From Thecamonas trahens ATCC 50062 (Eukaryota > Protista > Apusomonadida), in the NCBI RefSeq assembly GCF_000142905.1, contig NW_013657642.1:193851-257850 (forward strand): a stretch of 64,000 nt of DNA, read 5' to 3'. The notes under the pieces are model-generated. The model worked only from the letters and a program-made list of their open reading frames with translations. It searched no databases and was not told the DNA's origin. The position numbers and the translations under genes are program-made. Positions 58,101-64,000 of the stretch are shown piece by piece; within the stretch, counting starts at the first letter, position 1; every line of letters starts with the position of its first letter.

Positions 58101-58506
58101 CAAAGAGGGCACTGTCGGCAGCACCGGCCACAACCAGCGCGTCAATGCATGCGGCGTACGACCGCAGCAAGTACTCGAACAGATCGCGCGGGGCAGAGGC
58201 GGCAGCGTCGACGCGGTCGACGCCACGGTCACCCACACCGGCACCGCCGGCGGCCGCGGCGTACGACGCAGTCGCCTTGGCACGCGAGCCGAGGAGCGAG
58301 GCGAGCCAGACCAGGCCCGAGACCTGTGCGGCGCTGGCAGGCGCGGCGGCTGCATCCAGCTCGGCAGCCAGCTCGAAGAGCGTGTGTGCAGCCGTCGCCG
58401 GCGGCGTCACCGCTGGGTCAAGGAGCTTGGCCGACAGCGCCTCGGCGGCACGCCGCGACGGCGGATGCGGCGACGGCACTGCGCCGCAGAGGACAGCCAA
58501 CGACAT
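55138..58506 (-). CDS. Long coiled-coil protein
   Basis: 1122-aa ORF with a helical N-domain, a basic linker and about 600 aa of heptad repeats. Confidence 0.75.
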   Translation of the reverse strand: MSLAVLCGAVPSPHPPSRRAAEALSAKLLDPAVTPPATAAHTLFELAAELDAAAAPASAAQVSGLVWLASLLGSRAKATASYAAAAGGAGVGDRGVDRVDAAASAPRDLFEYLLRSYAACIDALVVAGAADSALFAEPSSKLASFVSKRLSRQVRSLRSLVSASTPQPSGALFLLFWIDGGSKRLAALATGAVSTFTASAVAAVADSSSKARAFLRQHLADLMRKRSLAYEALLLLRVGLRSVADSAADAHVLLRELHNALVDPHLTLASWKMGFALPWLLAELSLLTSDPELSSAILEAGEEDVALDLHSVVDLPIFDDAHEFRQHALVGVADGIRRTSAWRRTASNADEEKTSGKLQHSRSSRRVKRRKTKRVRKSMATPDHAPGNATPDNATPTEMTPSNATREQPSPPAPAPGSSASPSRAKRRPRKAAVPTPEPKPHNPSPTSPVFAAHEGSPHVLSPTDEPDASFLDSSTAVELKSTRDALAKARATLASKTSAFASQSARLHELYASSQEQVDELTSENAKLRGALDAARASGRRDQREAVQLESLQRENAELVTALESARASAAAAAESSSSLRAANAALAAKLSEAQSQALALDEVRADLALAQKDARLAATLRRERDDLRAANSTLAQQAAEARSHEAALDELKAQLALARADAHGAAELARERNTLRTQLAEANVELGRADERARESAARHSAARSQLDSRLSAVTSARDKLMRENDALAARLSQVTASRDKLSSRVGALCEAVEVEQESRLAASAAASALKTALLDTHAEYQTKHAAQVAALDAALADKSSQLEVVALELEAALSGHETSLRSLESSAEALPSNGCGSESALVASLKDSVLTATQRERTLEAELEAERCRAAELASRVGDLEQLLETAVARGPNELRDMSSGASEAEADQLARLQHENAVLTSQQVALTATVDELQAELQTSTSRLIAQLEEQSAVIEELEAAAALPPGSPPRDVFAARVMSLQARNIELEAEVGALEAQVTEARQANRELLDLLDAAPSAAEHAALKLEVQSLYDARQKASMRLTELQRQNAVLVQQRTEQMMHDKALNTQMRVLKTHLAQLETQLFHSPLTDEPEPEAGSESDTSVTPILTPNHDQRP

Positions 58507-58727
58507 GAACGAGGTGACCCGTAGAGCGCGGCGTGCAGTGGAGTGTCAGCTAGTTGAGAGGCGGGAGCGGGAGCGAGGGCGGACGTCGGAGGTTCGCCGC
58601 CAGCTGGTTACGCTGGCCGAGCAAATGTGGCGGGAGAAACAGAGCAGGTCAGGAGGACAAGGGGGTGAGGGCTGGACAATTGAATGTATGCTATATATGC
58701 ATGTTTTTATTGCATTTCTATCAACCA

Positions 58728-58798
58728 GTCCCTGTGGTGCAGTGGCAGCACGTATGTTTCCGGAGCATGAGCTCCAGGTTCGATTCCTGGCAGGGACT
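58728..58798 (+). tRNA. trnR-CCG: tRNA-Arg(CCG)
   Basis: GTCCCTG TG GTGC AGTGGCA GCAC G TATGT TTCCGGA GCATG AGCT CCAGG TTCGATT CCTGG CAGGGAC T. TATA-like sequence upstream and a T10 run downstream. Confidence 0.85.
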
Positions 58799-58950
58799 AG
58801 CCATCATTTTTTTTTTGCCTTTGCCCCGACCCTCCACTCTTTCCTGCCAGCCAACTCGGCTGATCCCTCGCTCCCTCTCCCCTTCCCTCCCCCCAACTCT
58901 GGACATAACTGCTGCCAAGAGACGCCACGTGACGCTGCACTGTAGCAGCC

Positions 58951-60789
58951 ATGCCGCAGCGCGGAAGAACATCACCACGGTCGCCGCCTCTCTCACCTGA
59001 AGCAGGCCCGCGGCCTGCGCTGCGGCCGCTTGGGGCACGCGGCCTGCCGCCGCCGCCGAGCAGCCGTGAGCGACAGAGCCAGGTCGGTCTTCGCAAGCCG
59101 CTGCGGATGGAGACACCCAAGCAGGTGCACATTCCCGGTGCTGACGAGGTGCGCAAGGCGGTGGAAATCAAGGCCCGAAAGGCTAGCGAGACTACCTCGG
59201 TCCGCAAGAGCAAGCGGGTGCGGGTGCTGGAGCTGCCGGCGCCCGCGACCAACCCGAAGGACGCCAGCAGGGACGAGATCGAGACGCTCGAGATGGCGCG
59301 CGAGGTCGACGATGCTCGTGCGTTCCGGGCTGACCTCAACGAGTGGCTCCGTGGCATCGAGACCGAGCTAGCAGTGTCGCAGTTCCGCCCGCTGGCGCGG
59401 CGCGGCGCGCTGACAGCCAGCGGGCCGCACGAGCCGGCTCACCTCGCGCGTCATCTGCAGGTGAGCCTCGCCGAGCTCCCCACACTGGATGCCAGCACCA
59501 TGACGAGCGAGTTTGTGCTGCGGACGGTGATCCGGGCGCATGCGGGAGTCAATAGCAGTGGTGCTGTTCCGTCCGACGCCGAGGCCGGCGTGGTGGTTCG
59601 GCAAGTCGGCTTCAAGCCCTCGCTCGACCCCGAGCTGAAGGAGAGCTCGATTGTGGCGAGCGTGGGTGGCGAGACGGTCATTATTGTTGACTGTGCGTCG
59701 CGTAACGTCGTCAAAAAGTGCCGGCCCGCGGCTGACGCGCCGCCGGGCATGCCGCGCGAGAGTCTCGCGGCGCTAGCGTGGACAGTCCTACCTGCGGCCG
59801 ATGAGCGCATTGTGCTCGCGGTCGGTGGCACACTGGGCGTCATCTACCTTCTTGCGCCTGATCTCAACGTTCTTTACGAGGCTATTCGGCTGGGAATCGA
59901 CCACGGCATTACTGCGCTTGCCTTTCATCCTGTCAAGTCAGCGTGGCTGTTCTCAGCCTCGGCCTCGGGCGTCGTCCTCCTGCACGACGTCGGGTGCCCC
60001 GGACCGTCGGCCGAGGCGTATCCGCCGACCACTCTGGCCTCGTTTTCGTGCGCCGGGCGCGGCGGCCTGCACTCACTCGCCCTCTCGCCCATGCACGACA
60101 TGCTGTTCGGCGCCGGCGCCAACGGCAAGCTCCACTGCTGGCCGCTGGGTGAAGAGCTTGATCAGGTGCGCAACCCGCGGCCGCGGTGGCTGGAACACTC
60201 TACCCGGACCCGGCTCTCGTCCAAGACTGCGACTGTCCATGGCTTTCACGCTCGGGTTCATGGCGGGCCGCTGGCGTTTGCGCTCCCTCTCTCGGCTCAC
60301 AGCATCGCGGTCGCTTCGGCAGCATGCCCACTCGTCGACGTCCTCGTGGCCGGCTTCGCCTCGGTGGGAGAGCCGGGTGGACTCGGCTCGGATGCAGAGA
60401 GCGAAGGCAGTGATGGCGACGAGAGCCGGAGCAGCGAGCCAGTGCCCGAGTGCAGCGATGTGGTGAGCCTTGAGATGAGGGCACTTCTCGAGGTGCCCGA
60501 GTTTGGCCAGGGCCTTGGCGCGCTCTCGCCGTGCGGGCGGGTGCTGCTGGTGCCACAGGGCCGAGAGCTGGCGCTATTTGACGTCTCAGCATTTGGCGAG
60601 CTTGTACCCGGTGAGGGCGGAGTAGCTCATGCCGAGCTTCCGACAGCATTGGCTGTGGGCACGCTCGCATCCGAGGCTGTTGCTGCGCCACTGCGGCATG
60701 CAACAGTCTCACTCCACGGGCGATACCTGGTTGCAGCCGGCGAGGGTAACTCACTTTATGTGTGGGAGCGTGTGGAGAAGCAGCAGTAG
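58951..60789 (+). CDS. WD40 protein, LRWD1/ORCA-like
   Basis: VASVGGETVIIVDC...VVKK...LAWTVL...VLAVGG..GVIYLL...ITALAFHP...WLFSAS...LLHDVG resembles the LRWD1 propeller. Confidence 0.65.
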   Translation: MPQRGRTSPRSPPLSPEAGPRPALRPLGARGLPPPPSSRERQSQVGLRKPLRMETPKQVHIPGADEVRKAVEIKARKASETTSVRKSKRVRVLELPAPATNPKDASRDEIETLEMAREVDDARAFRADLNEWLRGIETELAVSQFRPLARRGALTASGPHEPAHLARHLQVSLAELPTLDASTMTSEFVLRTVIRAHAGVNSSGAVPSDAEAGVVVRQVGFKPSLDPELKESSIVASVGGETVIIVDCASRNVVKKCRPAADAPPGMPRESLAALAWTVLPAADERIVLAVGGTLGVIYLLAPDLNVLYEAIRLGIDHGITALAFHPVKSAWLFSASASGVVLLHDVGCPGPSAEAYPPTTLASFSCAGRGGLHSLALSPMHDMLFGAGANGKLHCWPLGEELDQVRNPRPRWLEHSTRTRLSSKTATVHGFHARVHGGPLAFALPLSAHSIAVASAACPLVDVLVAGFASVGEPGGLGSDAESEGSDGDESRSSEPVPECSDVVSLEMRALLEVPEFGQGLGALSPCGRVLLVPQGRELALFDVSAFGELVPGEGGVAHAELPTALAVGTLASEAVAAPLRHATVSLHGRYLVAAGEGNSLYVWERVEKQQ

Positions 60790-60796
60790 AGCCAAA

Positions 60797-61831
60797 TCAG
60801 GCGCTAGTGACTCGCGTGAGCACTACCGTGTGGCCGGGTTCGATAGCCGAGGCGACCGGATCGAGTGGGAGGTCGGTGAGGATGAGGCCTGCGGCAGCAG
60901 CCGCCGCAGTAAATAGGGCGTAGGTCTCAGGCTGGCGCATGGTCGAGGCAATGAGGGCGTACTGCGACAGCCCGTCGACAAGAAAGGCAGCGAGGACAGC
61001 GACGAACGGGTCGACAATGGTCGGGTCGTAGACGCAGTCTGCAGCGATGAGGACGTCGGCGTGCTGGCCAAACTCGGAGACCATAGCGCCGGCGCCGGCA
61101 GGCGTGGCGGCGTCGCTCCAGTCGAGGAGCGCGCAGTCAACGGTGCCGGCCATCCCGTTGAGGGCCACGTTCTCGCGCAGCCGATCAAGGACCGGTGGCA
61201 CGCCATCGGTGAGAACAAGTCGAGTCTCGGCCGCTAGAGCGTTGCGAAGGAAGAGGCCCGTGAGGCCGACGCCAGCGCCGAGCTCAAGGACTGAGGCCGG
61301 GGGTGGGTCTAGCGGGACGGCGTCGAGATAGCGGGCGAGGACGACGCCCGACGGCCAGAGAGCCATGCCGACACCCTCGCCGTACGACGACGAGACAGTG
61401 ACGGCAACGACCGAGGAGCCCAGGACCAGATCGGCGGTGGTGTATGGCGGGCCGCCCGGGTTGCGCAGGAAGAGCCGGTGGAAGGCCTCGCCGTAGTCGT
61501 CGTCGCCGCGCGGTGCCATGGTCGCCTCGACAAAGGCCATCATCAGCGCATCCGGCACCACTGAGCCCGCGCCTTCAATGGCACCCACCAGCCGCTTGAG
61601 CAGTAGCCGCCGGTACCGCGCCGATGCCGGTGCGCGCTCCGTCACCAGCGCCGCCGTCACCAGGTTGTCGGCCATCCACGCCAGCGCCGCGGGCTCGCTC
61701 AGCGCGAGTGCCCACTCGGCGCCTGCCTCCGCCTCGACTTCTGCCAGCAGCTGCGGCACCGGGCGGACTGCGAACACGCCCTGCCGGAGCAGCAAGAGCG
61801 CCTTGCACGGCGTGTAACTGTCGCTGTCCAT
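60797..61831 (-). CDS. Protein-lysine methyltransferase, EEF2KMT/FAM86-like
   Basis: FAM86-like PASARYRRLLLKRL; GMALWPS, VLELGAGVGLTG, LTD, LDW and IAADCVYDP. Confidence 0.85.
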   Translation of the reverse strand: MDSDSYTPCKALLLLRQGVFAVRPVPQLLAEVEAEAGAEWALALSEPAALAWMADNLVTAALVTERAPASARYRRLLLKRLVGAIEGAGSVVPDALMMAFVEATMAPRGDDDYGEAFHRLFLRNPGGPPYTTADLVLGSSVVAVTVSSSYGEGVGMALWPSGVVLARYLDAVPLDPPPASVLELGAGVGLTGLFLRNALAAETRLVLTDGVPPVLDRLRENVALNGMAGTVDCALLDWSDAATPAGAGAMVSEFGQHADVLIAADCVYDPTIVDPFVAVLAAFLVDGLSQYALIASTMRQPETYALFTAAAAAAGLILTDLPLDPVASAIEPGHTVVLTRVTSA

Positions 61832-61953
61832 GGGTGAGGTGCGGCCGGCCACCGGCAGCCGCCCGCCCACTCGGGTCGACCGGTCTGAACGCCACACGGC
61901 GGCTGACGGCCTCGCCTGCTGGGCTCGAGCTTTACTACACTCCAACCCTGCAA

Positions 61954-64000
61954 CTAAAGACGCTGCGAGAGGGTGACGATGGACGAGTTGAGGTTCTTCA
62001 TCCGCTGGATGAGGGGCGACGGCGGGACCGAGGGCGGGGCGGGGGAGGCGGGCGCCGGCGAACGGGGCTGGTCGTCGTACCCTGACGACGCGCTCGACTC
62101 GGAGCGCGATGCGGGGAAGGAGGACCACTCAGAGGCGGCATCAGACAAGGCGAGATCGGCCGGCGAAACAGCAACGGCGGACGGAGCCGAGTCGCTGTCT
62201 GCCGAGTACTCTACATCCGACAGCGAGTCGTCGGCAGCTGACATCGACGACGACGACGGGGTGATTGTCGGGGAAGGGACAAAGCCGACGACCCGCGAGG
62301 AGGCGCGTTCGCGGGCAGCCACCGAGCTCCAGACCTTGAGCTCGACAAGAATCGAGGTAGTACCACTGAGCGATGCCAGCAGTTGGCGGAGCTGGCCCTC
62401 GGTGGAGAGCTCGATCTTGAGCGCTGGGCGATCGGCGGGAATGAACCAAACGGCAAGGACGTTGACGGGATCAATGCCGAGCGCGAGCGCGGCCGACCTG
62501 AGGAGCATGTCGTACTTGCTGGTGGCGAAACTCCACGCCGGCAAGTCGATGGGGACCACCGTTGCCGTGCCGGGCGGCCCATCGGAGCGCCGTGCGTAAA
62601 TGGTGAGTGTGCTGGGCACCGAGTCTTGAACCGGAGAGCTCGGCGGTGAGAGTTCGGGCAGGCCGCCAAGTTGGTGGGCAGTGGAGACACGGAGGCGAGG
62701 CGGGCGCGGCGGCGGGCTCATCACACTGCCCGTCACCAGCGACTGGCGGCGGACAAAAGCGCGCGAGGCCAAGAGGCCGGTGTGCGATTCCTGGCGTGCG
62801 TGCGGTGAGCGCGAGCGCGAACGCGAACGCGACAGATTGGCCTGATCGCGGCCGTCGTCCGACTTGGACCCGCTGTTGCGCGCGGCGAGCGAGGCCAAGA
62901 GCTGCTGGTCGACGCTCTGGTTGGAGCGGTATGTTTGCCACCAGTTGATGTCTGAGCGGACAAACAAGTTCTCGACAGAAATCTTGATGGTGTGGTCTGA
63001 GGTGTCCTTGAATAGCGGATTAGCCTCCCAGCAGCAGGTGTAGGCCTCGACGGCGGCGTTGAGGTGCTTGGCGCGCTGATGGGCAATGCGCAAGACTGCC
63101 CACGAGTCGATGTCCTCCGGATGGAGCGAAAGGACCTCAATGAGGTCGTTGAGGGAGATGACGCCGAGGCGGACGGCCGAGGCGGCTGTGACCGTGGCCG
63201 ACCGGGCGTGGTCGGGGCGAAAGAGCGCCATCTCGCCAAAAAACGAGCCCGACGAGAGGGTGGCAAAAAGGAGAGAGTGATCGGCGTTGGTGACTTGGAC
63301 CACGCCCGAGTAGATGAGGAAGAGCTCCGAGCCGGTGTAACCTTCGCGGAGAATGACGTCGCCGGCCGACGCAGCCGAGGTTGTCATGCGCAGCAGCGTC
63401 TCAGCGACAAAACTCGGCGAGACGCCGTGGAAGAACGCGTTGGAAGCCATCTCATGCTCTTTGACGTAGAGCGAGACGGTGTTGCGGAGGCGGGCCGAGA
63501 GCTCGGTGAGAATGGTCTTTTCATCGTGGGCGGCTTGCCGCGACTCCCAGGTTCGGTAGTAGTGTTCTCGGATGTCGTCCTGGATACTTTTGGGCAACGA
63601 GCGGTACTTCATGTACGCATTGACCGAGTCGAGGCGGTCGTTGAGCGGCGAGGACTCGAGCCTGTGGACGAGCTGCGACATGGCACCGACCGAGTATGAG
63701 AAGAGCGAAATGCCGAGGAACATGGCAAAGATGATAAAGACGCGCTCCTCCGAGTTGGTCGGCACAATGTCGCCGTAGCCAAGCCCGGTCACGGTCATGA
63801 TGGCCCAGTAGAGCGAGCCGATGTACTGAGCTGCGGTCGAGGCGTGCCGCAGGCCTGCGTCGTCGACCCAGGTTCTTGCCGACGCGCCTTGCGAGGTGGC
63901 GACGTAAAACCAGAAGCACGCCGCGAGGTGGGCAAAGACGAGCATGGCGATGAGGAGCTTGAGCAGACGCAGGTAGGCCGAGTTGAGGTTGAACCGGAAG
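61954..64000 (-). CDS. Cyclic-nucleotide-binding cation channel (KCNH/HCN/CNG superfamily), 5' partial
   Basis: S5 HLAACFW, pore YWAIMTVTGLGYGDIVP, C-linker and CNBD FGEMAL...RSATV. Confidence 0.93.
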   Translation of the reverse strand, partial: FRFNLNSAYLRLLKLLIAMLVFAHLAACFWFYVATSQGASARTWVDDAGLRHASTAAQYIGSLYWAIMTVTGLGYGDIVPTNSEERVFIIFAMFLGISLFSYSVGAMSQLVHRLESSPLNDRLDSVNAYMKYRSLPKSIQDDIREHYYRTWESRQAAHDEKTILTELSARLRNTVSLYVKEHEMASNAFFHGVSPSFVAETLLRMTTSAASAGDVILREGYTGSELFLIYSGVVQVTNADHSLLFATLSSGSFFGEMALFRPDHARSATVTAASAVRLGVISLNDLIEVLSLHPEDIDSWAVLRIAHQRAKHLNAAVEAYTCCWEANPLFKDTSDHTIKISVENLFVRSDINWWQTYRSNQSVDQQLLASLAARNSGSKSDDGRDQANLSRSRSRSRSPHARQESHTGLLASRAFVRRQSLVTGSVMSPPPRPPRLRVSTAHQLGGLPELSPPSSPVQDSVPSTLTIYARRSDGPPGTATVVPIDLPAWSFATSKYDMLLRSAALALGIDPVNVLAVWFIPADRPALKIELSTEGQLRQLLASLSGTTSILVELKVWSSVAARERASSRVVGFVPSPTITPSSSSMSAADDSLSDVEYSADSDSAPSAVAVSPADLALSDAASEWSSFPASRSESSASSGYDDQPRSPAPASPAPPSVPPSPLIQRMKNLNSSIVTLSQRL

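Overview
GC-rich, gene-dense eukaryotic (protist) nuclear DNA with few introns and three N-gaps. The beta-alpha fused nitrile hydratase, opisthokont-like gene set and composition resemble the apusomonad Thecamonas trahens; this identification is an inference. About 35 protein genes are supportable: fused Co-type nitrile hydratase, DUF3592-like, PH protein, ERGIC-53/VIP36 lectin, LRRC46-like, Aurora kinase, GH47 mannosidase, NAR1, an acylated RPEL protein, dienelactone hydrolase, RING-H2, bHLH-ZIP-like, eL42, CEP19, polyubiquitin, PLRG1, uS10, NOPCHAP1, ADAM-like metalloprotease, F-box/LRR, ATM1-like ABC, beta-tubulin, NSUN6, Hsp70, LRWD1-like, EEF2KMT-like and a CNBD channel. There are also 3 tRNA genes, a piggyBac-like relic and several minisatellites. 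No CRISPR array or prokaryotic operon is present. The most interesting leads are: a probable mitochondrial presequence on the nitrile hydratase; intronless tRNA-Tyr genes; a polyubiquitin whose last unit lacks Gly76; a GTAYG...ACTCAC...YAG splice code; a CCAAT/CHR/E2F module before Aurora; a CEP19 with a doubled C-terminal module; an LRR-less ORCA-like protein; a chimeric ADAM-like protease; and a channel with a GLGYG filter. Family assignments come from motif recognition, not database searches.
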